DNA of 64,000 bases from Raja brachyura (Eukaryota), in NCBI GenBank assembly GCA_963514005.1, contig OY740786.1, positions 54,808,001 through 54,872,000 of the forward strand, in the 5' to 3' direction. Shown here one piece after another: positions 48,643 through 62,984 of the stretch. The translations under genes were made by a program, and so were the position numbers. The notes beneath the pieces are model-generated. The model did not search any database. It was given only the letters and a program-made list of their open reading frames with translations, and was not told the DNA's origin. Numbering within the stretch: position 1 is the first letter of the stretch; the number at the start of each line of letters is the position of its first letter.

Positions 48643-51600
48643 ATTTTTTTATTTTTTTATTTTATTATTTTTTTTTATTAGAAGTACAGTTAATTACATC
48701 AATGCACATATTATTATATACATCATGCAAAAGGAATATACCATCTTGACAATTTTTCATCCCCCGTTACTAAGACCTGCCGCCGGTGCCTTTTTAAAGT
48801 ACTGTTGCATCCTATCCTTGTAGTAAGTCTATAAATGCAGACAATGTCCTATAAAAGTGATCTGATTTTCTTGCCAGGCGGAGTCTCATATCTTCCCGGT
48901 GTAGTGTTTCAAACATAGTTGAAATCCACATATTTATAGGAGCGTTTTTCCAAAATCTTTAAATACGTTTTTTCCAGTTATTAACCCATATTCAAATAGA
49001 TTCTTTTAAAAATCATTTAATTCAGGGCTATCTTCCATTGTTCCAAAGATAATCCATTCTGCTTTTGGTATCAGTTTTATTTTAAATAATTTTGTGATGA
49101 TTTCAAAGATTTCAGTCCAAAATATTTGAATTTTTATACAACAAACAAATGAATGCACTATAGTAGCTTCTTGAGACTAACATTTATCACAGATAGATGA
49201 TACATTGGGAAAATGTTTACTGATTTTGGTTTTTGAATAGTATAATCTATGTAAAATTTTAAATTAGATTAGAGTGTGTCTTACATTAATTGAACATTTA
49301 TGCACATTTAATAAATGTTCATCCCACCTCTCTTTTGAAATTTTAATTGCTAATTCTTGTTCCCAGTCTCTTCTAATACCTGCGGTTGTTGGTATTTCTA
49401 CATTTAAAATAATATTATATAAATATGATATTAAATTTGCTGATTCAGCCTTTGTTTTCATTGCTTCATCCAGTAGATCTAATGGCATATTGTAATAATC
49501 TTGTGCATATTTTTTCAGATAGTCACATATTTGGAAATATTTAAAATATTGATTGTTTCCCAGATTATATTTTAGTTGTAATTGTTTGAATGATAGTAAT
49601 TTTCCAGTTTCATACGTCTCCATGTGTTTTAATTCCTATTCTTTCCCATTGTATACATGGTTTATCTATAATTGAGGGTTTAAACGAAGGGTTATTAACT
49701 ATTGGAGATAAGAGAGATAGATTTCTTAATTTTAAATTATATTTTATTTGTTTCCAAGTTCTAATGGTACTATGTATAATTGGCTTTATGTTATAGTTTG
49801 TATTAATCAACTTCATTGGTGAGAGGAGGATCGCTCCAATATTACAAGAGGAGCAGTCCTCTCTCTCTCTCAATAATAATCCAATCCAGCTGCTGGGCAG
49901 AATTGTCCAGCAGTTGAATCATATTTTTAATATTTACAGACCAATAATAATAATACCTAAATTTAGGGAGTGCTAATCCCCCTACTACTTTAGGTTTATT
50001 CAAGTATGTTCTTTGTATTCTATGGGATTTATAATCCCATATAAAATTTGTAATGTCTGAATCCAATGTTTTTTAAAACTTTTTTGGTAGGTATATTGGA
50101 ATTGATTGGAAGAGGTACAAAATTTGTGGTAGAAAAATCATTTTTATACCATTTATTCGGCCAATTAAAGACATCGGAAGCATTTTCCAGACTTTGATTA
50201 AATTATATAATTTCCTAAGTAAGGGATTATAATTTGCGTTAAACATATCTTGATATCTTCTACTAATTTCAATAACCAAATATTTAAATTTTTCTGTAGC
50301 TAATTTTAAAGGAAAATTTAAGAGGTGTGTTGAGTCTTTCAGTTTTATTGACATGATTTCACTTTTGTTACAATTTATTCTGTATCCTGAGAATGATCCA
50401 AAATCCTCAATTAAATTGAATATATTTGGTATAGTGATATGGGGTTTTGTGATGTACAGTAGAACGTGATCATCATGTGTTCTAATTCTTTCCACTAGGG
50501 GTTCGATTATAAGAGCAAATAACAACGGTGATAGTGAACATCCTTGTCTATTACCCCTTGATAATTGAAATTTCGTAGATAAAATGTTATTAGTTAATAT
50601 TCTAGCTGTTGGCTTATTATATAGTAATTTAATCCATAGGATGAAATTCTCTCCCAGTTGGAATTTTTGCAATACTTTAACCATATAATCCCATGCCACC
50701 TGATCGAATGCTTTCTCTGCATCCAACAAAATAATTGATCATTCTTGATCTTCAGTTTGGTTTGAATGCATTATGTTGAACAGACGTCTCAAATTATTAA
50801 ATGGTTGTCTCTTAGGGATAAACCCAGTTTGATCCAGATTTATTAATTTACTAATATACTTACTTAATCTTCTAGCTAATATTTTTTGATATGTATGATC
50901 CGGGTTCTTCTATATCTTTATCTTTCTTAAGTATTAATGTAATTGTTGATTCTGCTAGTGTTTCAGGTAATGTTTGTTCTTAAACTGACATGCAAAAGGT
51001 TTGTGGGGCTTATCCCCAAATTCAAAATGTTCCTGTCTTGTGATTTGGAATAATCTTATAACTTTAGCTGATAATAATTTATTTAATTTAAATTTCAGTA
51101 TTAATATTTTATTGTGTTTATCCATAGTTGGATCTTTAGCATTATCTATATCCAGTTGTCTTATTTGTTCTGTCTTTGTTCATTCTTGTTTTTTATTTTG
51201 GAAAGCTTGGTATGAAATTATAACGCCTCTAATAAATGCTTTGAAAGATTCCCATAATAATGTAGGCGATAGGTCTGGAGTGTCATTTATTTCGAAAAAG
51301 AGGTCAATTTGGTATTTTAAATATATACTCCCTTGCAGGTCTTTTAAAATTTGAGGATTATACCTCCAAAATGATTTATTCTTAGACATTCCTTCCAGTT
51401 TTAAAAATAAAGTTAGTGGGGAGTGATCTGAAATAGTGTTGGTATGGTATTTTGTGTTCAAAGAACAAGGAATTAATTTTGTATCCACCAGGAAATAATC
51501 TATACACGAGTACGTCTTGTGTACCATTGAATAAAACGAGTAATCCCTGCCGGTTGGATTTAATCAACATCTGTTATATTGGTATTTTTTATATATGCGT

Positions 51601-53548
51601 TTCAAAGATCACTAGTTTTAGATTTCGTATTACCTCTCTGTTTTTGCCTAGATTTGTCTAAGTAAGGATCTAAAACACAATTAAAGTCTCCTCCGATTAT
51701 GACGTTTTGGTAATTATATTCTGCGATTGTATTCAAGATTTTATTGAAAAAATGAGGGTTGTCAAAGTTGGGCGCATATATATTTACCAAGGTGATTAGG
51801 GTAGCATGGATCTCACTCGTAACTATCAAATATCTCCCTTCCTTATCTGGTAAGATACTCTTTGGTTTAAATGTTTTGCCTTTATGAATAAAAATGATTG
51901 ACGTACCTCTAGATTTTGATGTATGTGAAGAGTGAAAGATTTGGCCTATCCAATTCACCCTCAATCTAGCTTGATCTTGGGATTTAAGATGAGTTTCTTG
52001 TAAAAAATATATAATGTCTGTATTGTATGCTTTCAGCTGAGCTAATATCTTACCCCTTTTAATATGTTCATTAACACCCCTTATGTTCCAGCTGCAGAAT
52101 GAGATTCCTCCCAGTTTCTTTTGTTTATTTTCTTGCATTTTGAGTGGTTTTAGTACCCGTGTATCTCACAGTGCATCCATACCTTGGGTCTTTAGATATT
52201 GGGGGAATATTAGCACTACAAAGTTCAATTGGTAGATTCCTTTTGCGATTTTCCTTAAACAAAAAACACACACATGTGACTTGTTGTGATAATTTAAAAA
52301 AACATATTTAAAATATGAAAATAGTGTCCAACTTGTCGGCACTGTAACAAGTGACCCACTTGTTGGTGGGAGAAAACATTGTATCGACTTCCAATGTCGA
52401 TATTAAACAATTAGCTCCGCTCCCTTAATTACTCATAATATAGTGGAACAGGACCCGTTCAAAATCAAATGTATAGTACCCATTTACAATATATGTATAC
52501 ATTTCTTTATGACTTCTCATATATATCTAACAATTTTATCTACCAAGTGTTTAAACGTATGGTTTTACCTCGGTAATAATCAACTGTTGTTTGAAGGGGT
52601 TAACTTGAAACAGGCTCCTGGATCTTGGCCAGGTGCCCGCTTCTCCTTCTCTCCCGCCAATTATAGATAAAATTGAAACTTGTTGACATAAATGTTAGTT
52701 TTTAAATTTATTATTAGATATTTCCTTATCAACTATCGGCCACTATGAAAGGGAAAGTCCGTCTTTATAATACTTGGTTGAATTCATCCCCATTTTACAA
52801 TTCTGGTTATCATCCATTACTATTTCTATGTTAATATTGTTAAAAGTGTTAGATCTGTACAATTTAGGTTAATTAAATTCTTAAACAACAGTAATTGCTC
52901 TGTCCGCATTCTGCTCTTCAGTTTGTCATTCCGGTGTTTATCTTTTTGCTTCGCTTGGAACATAGAATGTCCTTGAATTAAAATTCCACCGATAAGAAGT
53001 CTAGACAGGCGCATGTGGAAAGTTTCTCCATCTTAGACTTTTAAAATGTTAGTGATTCTCCGCAAGTGCTCAGCCGCTGACAGTGGAGTAATTAAAATAA
53101 AGATTTGTCCATACCGTCCATCCCTTCCAACTACTTGTTCTATTCCACGATAGTTTGAGCATATTTGTGTGCAGCCTCCGGATTTATAAACAATTTTTCC
53201 TGTCCCTTGTAGGAAATCCACATCCTAGCTGGGTAGAAAACACCATATCTGACATTTTGAATTCCTTGGAGAATCTGCTTTGTCTTTGAAAACTGACTTC
53301 GCTTTTGCACAATTTCATAAGGATAGTCCCTGAATAGTTTGATAGATGCATCACTGAACTTCAGTGGCACTCCATATTTATTTTTCCTCATAAACTCTTC
53401 AAGGGCTGAAATGTCCTAAAATTTCACAATGATCTGTCGTGTATAGTCTGGACTTGTTTGAGATCTTGGTTTAAATCTCAGTACTCGATGTGCCAATTCA
53501 ATTTTCGGCTCGTTAGAGAGATTAAGAACTTGTTTAATTAAGCCCGCA
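48643..53548 (-). mobile_element. L1-clade LINE copy 3, 5'-truncated within ORF1, decayed
   Basis: ORF1 tail LFRDYP...FYPARM; ORF2 pieces SWNIRG, LQETH, SDHSP, LDAEKAFD; poly(A) tail; ~35-bp flanking duplication. Confidence 0.92.
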
Positions 53549-54234
53549 GTCACTGACAGTTGACTGCATCATGGCCTCGTTCTTGACGAGTACTTGAATC
53601 ACCTGGGCATAGACGTCAATGGACTAACTGCTAAGAGTTGGGATTAATATGGAAGTGTGCCCATTGGTTGGCATAGATGAGTTGCGTTGTACATGCTGTA
53701 CAATTCTATGACTCTAAAATTCTATGACATGATACATAATGTTTGGAATTACTTGCAGTTTTCAGGTACCAGAGGAAGTGATACAAGTGATTGCAATTAT
53801 GACAATTAAAAGATACTTGGACAAGTACATGGATAGGAAAGATATGGAATGATATGGGCCAGGACCAGGCAAGTGGGACTAGCTCAGTTAGACAACTGGT
53901 AAGCACAGACAATTGGGCCGAAGGACCTGTTTTATAAGCTGCATAGGTCTATGACTCTATGGCTCATTATACCCAGGCAAATTCATGAATGCCATAAATA
54001 TGCAGAGTAAATTCCCTAAAGTATCTCACTCGCAGATAATACGTCAAGGCAGTTTCCAAAGACTAATCACTGACTGAGTGTGAAGGCCCCAGTTCAAGGC
54101 AGAGTAGCAGTCAGCAAAATAAGTCCCTTTGGAATCCAGAATTGTATTTTAGCTGTTCAGATCTTCAATGAGATTTAATCATTCAATCAATCAAATGCAG
54201 GCAGATTTTCCTTTGGTTTCATATCATCCCATAC

Positions 54235-54484
54235 CTGGAAGTGGTCTTTTAACTGTTACAGTGGAAACACTTCCATAAACTGTGCCATGTTGCTGCAATT
54301 CCATACTTCCACTTGTAATTTCTGGGGAAAATTGTGTCTCCACCTTATCGTCACAGTAGCTTGTACTGTTAATGCTGTTAAGTACACACAAATTAAAATT
54401 CAAGGGACTGTCAGAGTGGGGAAGAGAATACCGCTGATTGAAATTAGTTTTATAAATTATACAGTGAAACATTGAAATAATCCT
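54235..54484 (-). other. Candidate exon of an unidentified host gene
   Basis: TTGACTTTCAG| acceptor, open frame RIISMFHCIIY...TVKRPLP, CCAG|GTATGG donor; lies outside recognised repeats. Confidence 0.4.
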
Positions 54485-54889
54485 CTGAAAGTCAACAATG
54501 AATCACAAATTATAAAAATATTTTACTTCAGTAGTCCGACTAAGAATATGAAGAACACTTTTGAGTTTGGAGATAGTGTATGTTGCTTTGCTATGCTACT
54601 GTATATGTCAAAATGTAGGTTTAAACTTTTTCAAATTGAAAATAGATGGTTAAGATTTAATTTCATAATTTAATTTCTCATGAGTTAATTTAATTTTGTA
54701 CACGATGACTAACTCCCAAGTGATTTACAGGCTCTGTTGAGAGTGAATTTAACAAATAGTCATAAAACTATCTTTGAGATTCACTATGTTTTCTCCAGAT
54801 TCTATTTGAAGTATTCAATGGTACTGTGCTCTGCTTAAGAAGTGATATACCATTATGAATAATCAGTGTATGAAGATAGAGCAATATGA

Positions 54890-55915
54890 TCCCACCACCA
54901 CATGCATCATCCTCTTCTCACCCCTTTCTGCTTTCTTTCCGTGACTCCCTGGTTTGCTCATCTCTTCCACACCATCCCTCTCCTCTCCGTACACTTTCCA
55001 CAGCAACCTTAGGAAGTGTAAAACCTGTCCCTTCAATTCATCACTACCTTCCAAAGATCTAAACAACCCTTCCAGGAGAGGCAAAGATTTACTTGAACCT
55101 CCTCCAATATCGTCTTTGCTTTCAGTGCTCTTGATGTGACTACTTCCAAGTGGGGGTGAGACCAAGCTTGGACTAGGTGGCTGTTTTGCTGGGCACATGC
55201 ACATCCACTCTGCATGGCCATCTGGAGCTCCTGGCAGCATGTCATTTTAGTTCCTTTTCCCATTCCCACACCAATCTCTCTGTAACCTCCTCCACTGCCA
55301 GCGACGCCAAACACAAACCAGAGGAATAGCACTTCATATTCCACCTGGGTAGCCTATAATCGACAGTATGAGCAATTAATTTATGAATTTCCGATAATAT
55401 TTTCTACCTCAGTCTGTTTCTCTTTCAGATCCTCTCACAAACACCATTCTTTTCAACCTTCCCCCCCAGCCTGCTATCATCCAGTTTCACTCCCCTCCCC
55501 CATCCAATGTGTCCATCATATACACACTTTCCACTAGGTTCTCTCTTTCCCATTGTTCACATCTGTCTATCCCACCTCCCTTTCCTCTCAGATTCCATCA
55601 CCTGCAGCCCTTTATTGCTTCCAGTTATCACCTCCCAGCCTTTGTCACTATTTTAACCTCTCCCCCCAACCTGACTATCAAACCCACCCTCATCTGAATC
55701 CACATATTGCTTGTTTGCTTTAGTCCCACACCTGGCTACTTTCCCTCTACGAGGTCAGGTGAAGTGTCCTAGCCCTGTACTTCCCCTCTACTTTCAGACC
55801 ACATGAAGTCTCCTGCCCCAAAAAGTCAACTGTCCATTTCCCCTCTGCTCTTCCCATTGAGTTCCTCCGGCAAATTGTTGATCCACATTCCAGCATTTGC
55901 AGTCTCTCGAGTCCT
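54890..55915 (+). mobile_element. Penelope-like element 3' end (GIY-YIG endonuclease remnant and terminal repeat)
   Basis: Decayed RKCKTCPF...QRFT*TSSNIV...GETKLGLGGCFAGH resembles the PLE GIY-YIG domain (CTSSNLIY...YIGETKRRLGDRFAEH). Confidence 0.75.
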
Positions 55916-57775
55916 CAATGTAACATCCCCTGATGGTTTTTAAGGCTATCAGAACTGGTCATTCCACATGGGACATCCTGATTCTGTACAACTGTAATTA
56001 TGCAGGGAATGAGAATAAATAAATGTTTCTGTTAATCAGCCCTCTTTGAAACCCTTCCGTTGAGATCAGAAAACATATTAAGTCTTCATCTCCTATTATT
56101 AACGACAAATCCCTGCCTTTTAATGCGCAGTTTGGGGCATGTCAGTTTTGTCAATTAGTATTTTAGCTTATTATAAATTCAGGGAGCCATCCCTCAATTC
56201 TGTACCAAAAATAAAATATTTTATGTGTCTGGTGTTTAGAACCCCTTGGGAAAGCCACCAGCATTTGAATATTAACAGGGATCCAGCCATGTGATTGAGA
56301 TGTGTTCCTATCATAAAAATGTAATTCTGCAAATTTACCTCTCTACACTCAAAATGTTAAAGTAGATGATTAGCAATCAAAATTGTACTTAATTACTTAT
56401 TATTATCTTTCTTTGAAAAGTATAAATCATTGTATTATTGAGTGTCGGGTAACAATAAAGAGATTCTCCTTGCTTCTTTCAGCTTCATGTGGTCCAGTCA
56501 CAACCTTGACATGTTCTTGCCCACTCACATAACCAGCCTTGAAAAGACCTATTCATTTAAAACCACTTTGATCTTCCTTTTCCACATAACTTTGACACAT
56601 CAACAAATGTGGATTCGATAAACCCAGAACCCTTTGAAATTGTAGTTCCAGACAATAAATAGCTGAGAATTTACTGATCCATGGCAAATCAAAATGTGTT
56701 TATTTATTCCTGCTCTGAGTTTTCTATCCATTGATCAATAATTAATCTCCAATAATATATTACTCTCAATCACATTTGCTATGATTTTATTTGTTAATTT
56801 CAGGAGGTACATTATCAAATGTTTTTAGAAAATTCTAAGAATGCTAAAAAGCATTAACTTTCCTAGCCATCTTCCTGGTTATGACTTAAAAAAATTCTTA
56901 ACAGAATTTGAGAGCTTGGATCTGTAGACTTATCCAGTAGACTCAGATGAATATAATACCCCTTTCTCAAGTTTAGCCCCCTTGAATCAAAAGTGCGTGA
57001 AGACTAAGTCCGATAAGACCATGGGAGGCAAGAGATTGCAACACGGTTTCCTGTGGCAGCACATACCTGCCAACCATAAGAAGATTGATCAATGGTCCAA
57101 GCAACTACCACATCTCAAAAATGGGGAATGAAGACATGAGAACAAATCGACCAATTGCGAGGGATATACCATTGACATCCCTGGAACAGTACAGATCTTG
57201 ATTATAGTGCCTGGACGGGAGACGAGACGAGAGATACTCCATGCTGAAGATAGAAACAAAATTCTGGAGTAAGTCAACAGGTCCAGCAACATCTCTGGAG
57301 AAAAAGGATGGGTGACATTTCAGGGTCGGGACCCTTTGTCAGACCATGCTGAAACAAGATGCTCCATCTAAGCTTTCTTTTGGTCCGTATCCCTCTAAAT
57401 CTTTTTTTTTTTTAATCTGTGTATCTGTCCAAGTGTCTTGTCAATATTGTTATTGTACCTGCCTCAACTACTTCCTCTGGCAGCTCATTCTACATACCCA
57501 CCATCCACTGAGGGGAAAACTAGCTTCTCAGATTCCTATTTTAAATCCTTCCCTTCTCACCTTAAACATATGTCCTCTGGTTCTTGATTCCTTGACACTG
57601 GGTAGAAGACTCTATACATCATGGTTTCCTTCAGATTTTATACTTCTTAATAAGATCACCCCTCAGTTTCCTACAAGGAATGAAGTCCCAGTTTGTCCAA
57701 TTACTCCCTGTAGCTCAGGCCCTCTAGTCCTGGCAACATCCTCATAAATCTTTTCTGCATTCTTTCCAGCTTAAT

Positions 57776-58484
57776 AGACATATAAACATAGAAAATAGGT
57801 GCAGGAGTAGGCCATTGAGCCCTTTGAGCCTGCACCGCCATTCAATATGATCATGGCTGATCATCCAACTCAGTATCCCGTACCTGCCTTCTCTCCATAC
57901 CCCCTGATCCCCTTAGCCACAAGGGCCACATCTAAGTCCCACTCAAATATAGCCAATGAACTGGCCTCAGCTACCTTCTGTGGCAGAGAATTCCAGAGAT
58001 TCACCACTCTCTGCGTGAAAAATGATTTTCTCATCTCGGTCCTAAAAGACTTCCCCCTTTTCCTTCAACTGTGACCCCTTGTTCTGGACTTCCCCAACAT
58101 TGGGAACAATCTTCCTGCATCTAGCTTGTCCAACCCCTTAAGAATGTTGTAAGTTGCTATAAGATCCCCCCTCAATCTTCTAAATTCTAGCGAGTACATG
58201 CCAAGTCTATCCAGTCTTTCTTCATATGAAAGGCCTGACATCCCAGGAATCAGTCTGGTGAACCTTCTCTGTACTCCCTCTATTGCAAGAATATCTTTCC
58301 TCAGATTAGGAGACCAAAACTGTACGCAATACTCCAGGTGTGGTCTTACCAAGACCCTGTACAGCTGCAGTAGAACCTCCCTGCTTCTATACTCAAATCC
58401 TTTAGGTATGAATGCTAACATACCATTCGCTTTCTTCACTGCCTGCTGCACCTGCATGCCTAATTTCAATGACTGGTGTACCAT
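57776..58484 (-). mobile_element. CR1 family A 3' fragment nested in an older CR1
   Basis: LVRPHLEYCVQFWSP...SLEFRRLRGDLI...SRTRGHS; TTTCTATG tail. Confidence 0.88.
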
Positions 58485-59559
58485 GACATCCTTCTTATAG
58501 AAGGTTGACCAAAACTGACCACAATACTCCAAATACAATCTCACCACTGTGCATGTGATATTTGTAATCCATTCGCAGTTGTTAGTTTGTTGATGTTTCA
58601 GCTGGATTCTTTCTCCAAATAAGTAGAGAAATTAGATGATGGGAGTGCCATCTGCTGGGCAATTCATGCAACTTAATTTATTGTCAGAATTCAGAAAGAA
58701 ATTGTGAGAATGTTAACATTAATGATAGATGTTCCCAAATTATTTAATATACATTTACCCCTTCTTCCCAACCATTCTTCACTCGAATTCTAAATAATGA
58801 ATACAATGATTACTACAATGTGCCCCCATTCTAACCTTATTATACCACACAAGCAGGTTTAAACGTTTAAACGTCCCATGCCTGGTTTAAACGTTTAATA
58901 TATACAGAAGAATGAGATTCATACCATTATCTAATTGATACTCTAGTTGATGGAGAATCACATGGATTTTATTTTCATAGCAGTGTACATACTGTATCTC
59001 ACATACATACATGTTCTCACATGCAATGTATAGGGTTAAGATTTTACTTTTAATATCGATCATTAACCAGATACTGGAATATATATTCCCTTGGTTTCCA
59101 AATGTACAAATTACTTTTGTATATCTGGAATTGTGGATATACAAATATTCAATTTATGTTTTACGATTTATTAGCCAACCAGCTAACCATATTCAGAAGA
59201 ATATTTGGAAAATGTCCATAGCAATAAATATCAAGGAGAAGGAAACAACAAGAAAAACGTGAAACTGCAAGTTTACAAAAGTGATCTTGTGCTTCCAGTA
59301 ACCTGTAACTTTAATTCATTATTCTCGTTCCACTCTGATCTTTCAGCGTGTGGCAACAAATGTCAACACATGCTTGGGGAACAGTAATTCTTCTTCCATC
59401 CAGGCGCATTGAACCTATTTGCATTCTATATTGAATGCAAAAGTTTCAGAAAGGAAATTTCTGACCATCTCTATTTTAAGATTATTAATCTATGATATTA
59501 ACTGTTTTGTTCCTCTCCACACATACTGATTATTCGGCATTTCCAGGTTTCACTGTTAA

Positions 59560-59681
59560 AAGGCCTGTCCCACTTGGGCGTCATTTGCACGTCACGTGCA
59601 ATCCGCGCGCATGACGAGTCATGATGCGTAAATGATGTCGGGTAAATGATGCGCAAATAATGCCCAAATGGGACAGGCCCT
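59560..59681. mobile_element. Short Harbinger-type MITE
   Basis: TIR GGCCTGTCCCACTTGGGCGTCATTTGC / GCAAATAATGCCCAAATGGGACAGGCC in TAA/TTA context. Confidence 0.72.
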
Positions 59682-60189
59682 TTAGTTTCAGATTTTAGCA
59701 ACAGTTCTGATATGCATTTTACAGCGTTAACATGTCTCTTTTTTAAAATCCTATTAATCTTTTACTAAGCAGAGCTGTAAACATCAAGATTACCTCTGGC
59801 CTCTTCCTTTCCGAGATATTTGCTTTGTCCTATCTATCCCACCTCAACCCTCTCTGCAAGCTAAAACGAACTTGTTTCTACTCCTTCCCAACATTACCTC
59901 TATTTTCTTTCCACAGATGCTGCATGACCTACTTAATGATTTGATTTCAGATTTCCATTATCTTCATTCTCTCTTTGATTTCAAGACCACCATTAGTAAT
60001 AAAATTGAATTAATCGTCATCACAGTTTTCAGTAAATCTGAATTTTATACTTCTAGATAGAACTACTGTATTTTCCCCCATGACAAAATAACGCCAATTT
60101 TGAAAGTTTGACAAAATAAACTGAAAAATCAATGAAATATGTGAAATAAGCAGAAGCACAAACGTCTGCAGAAAGCAATATCAAGGTAC

Positions 60190-60287
60190 CTGTGAAATAG
60201 TTAGATCTACCTGCAGCGACATTTTGCCAGCTGCACAACAGAAAATCTTCAAATATAGTATTTCTGACCTCACCTGTATGAAATAAT
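60190..60287 (-). other. Candidate exon of an unidentified host gene
   Basis: TTTTTGCAG| acceptor, frame (D)YFIQVRSEILYLKIFCCAAGKMSLQVDLTISQ, CAG|GTACCT donor. Confidence 0.3.
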
Positions 60288-60579
60288 CTGCAAAAATCAG
60301 GAATGTAAATAGCGAGCTGCTAACACATTTAAATGCATTAGCGCTACTGCGATCTCCCAGAGGTAGCGACTGTAAGGGAATTCCCATTCAGAGGGGAATC
60401 CCCAACCTCGTGGAGGATCGCAGGTACAATAAGTACTGTACCTGTAAACACCGGGGAAGCCTCATGGAGTCCAGAATCGAGGCCGTCGGGTAGGATTTCC
60501 CAGCACCAACGGTGCTGGAGGTGCCGACTCAAAGGGGAATCCTTTTATATACAGCATCAAAGTAGTGTGACACCAAAGT

Positions 60580-62425
60580 AGATAGTTACTGAAGAATCAC
60601 CCGGCAATGGACCTGAATGAATGCGCCATAGTCGTTACTGACTTTGTTACAGACTTCATAAGGAAATGTGTGGAGGACTTCATTCCAACAAAAACCTTCT
60701 GAGTGCTTCCTAACCAGAAATCTTGGATGAACCATGAGATCCACATTCTTCTGAAAACCAGATCCCAGGCATTCAGGTCTGGCGGTGCAGAGGTCTATAA
60801 GAAGTTCAGATACGACCTTGGTAACGCCATCAAAAAGGCCAAAAGGGACCTGCTCTGAACTGGAGGATGAGACGGATGGTCGGCAACTGTGGCAGGGCTT
60901 TAATGCATTCACCTACTACAAGGCAAAATCCAGGAGGTAGCTCAAATGACAGTGAAGCATCACTCCCTGACGTGCTCAATGCGTTCTATGCACAATTCGA
61001 TAGGGCAAATACTGATGTGCCCTCCCGAGCCCCCAATCGCCCTGACGGTATTACAGTCACGACGTCAGAAGATCCTTCAGGGGGGTGAACTTTCGAAAAG
61101 CGCCTGGACCTGATGATATACCCGGCCGAGTTCTCAAGACCTGTGCAGACCAACTGGCGGGAGTTTTTGCGGACATTTTCAACCTCTCACTTCTGAGGTC
61201 TGAGGTTCCCACCTGCTTTAAGAGGGCATCAATAATACCGTGCCCAAGAAGGGTAAGATGACGTGCCTCAATGACTATCGACCAGTGGTACTAATGTCTG
61301 TAGTGATGAAGTGCTTTGAGAGGTTGGTTATGGTGCACATCAACTCCTATCTCGACAAGAACCTCGACCCACTACAATTCACATACCGCCACAACAGGTC
61401 AAAGGAGGATGCAATTTCACTGGCTCTCCACTCCGCACTGGACCACTTGGACAATAAAAACACCTACATCAGGCTTTTGTTTATAGACGTCAGCTTGGCA
61501 TTTAATACCATCATCTCTTCCAATCTGGTTACCAAGCTCATGTAACTGGGCCTCTGTGCATCCCTCTGCAATTGGATCCTCAACTTCCTCATCCTCAAGG
61601 CTGCCTGCTCAGCCCCCTGCTTTACTTACTCTATACCCATGACTGCATAGCTGGACATAATGCAAACTCCATCATCAAGTTCACCGATGACACCACTGTT
61701 TTTGGACAAATCATAGATGGGGACAAGTCAGAGTATAGAAGTGAGATCGACCGACTGACCAAATGGTGCCAGCACAACATCCTGGCTCTCAACATCAGTA
61801 AGACCAAGGAACTGATTGTGGACTTCGGTAGAGGAAGGATGAGGACCCACAATCCTGTTTCTATCAATGGGACTATGGTAGAAAGGGTCAATTACTTCAA
61901 ATTCCTGGGCGTGCATATATCAGTAGACCTTTCCTGGACCCAGCACACCGATGATATTGTAAAGAAGGCACATCAGCGACTCTACCTCCTGAGTAGATTA
62001 CGGAGATTCGGCATGTCGAAGAGGATTCTCCTAAACTTCTACAGGTGTACAGTAGAGAGCATTCTGACTGGTTGCATCGTGGCCTGGTTCGTCAACTTGA
62101 ACATCCGGGAGTGAAAAAAACTTCAAAAAGTTGTGATCACTGCCCAGTCCATCACTGACTTTGACCTCCCCACCGTCGAAGGGATCTATCATAGTCGCGG
62201 CTTCAAAAATGCAGCCAAAATCATCATGGACCCACACCATCCTGGCCACACACTCATCTCACCATTGCCATCAGGAAGGTACAGGGGCCTGAAAACTGTA
62301 ACGTCCATGTTCAGGTTTTTCTCTTCCCCGTTATGTACTATGTTTACATATTCACATATTCTGTTGTGCTACAGCAAGTAAGATTTTCATTGTCCCAGCA
62401 GGGAAATATGACAATAAAACACTCT
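60580..62425 (+). mobile_element. Rex1/Babar-type LINE, 5'-truncated, decayed
   Basis: [53 protein letters not shown]. Confidence 0.88.
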
Positions 62426-62984
62426 TAGCCCTTTATTTGTTCCTCAGTCTAAGTCTAAACAAAATTTAAGATGCAATGCCAGATATTTATTAGATGAATC
62501 CTGATTACATAGGAAATAAATTTTGTGATATATGGGTTATTTGATAAAATTCTTCCGCAAAACAAACAACTGAGTTTTAATAATAGAAGTATTTCACACC
62601 TTGTCTACTCATAGTATTGTGTTGTATGCAAGATTATTTCTCTTTTCTATGAACCATAGAGTTGTATGGCATCTACAGAACAGCAAATGGTCACTCAAGG
62701 CTAATCAGTGATTATTTATCACTCAAGAAGTTGTGAATCTTTAGAGCTCTCTACCCCGGGGAACTGTAGGTGCTTACTCACTGACTTGGATAGTCAGTAT
62801 GACTTTGCGTGTGCAAAAGCATGTCTCAATAATCGATTGAGATTTTTGAAAAGGTGATAGAGTCTACATGGACGTTAGCAAAGCCTATGACAAGATGGTA
62901 TAGTAATCTAGTCTAGAAAGATAGGTCAGGATCCAGATTGAGCTGGCCTATTGGATATAAAATTGACTTGGTGGAAGACGTCAG

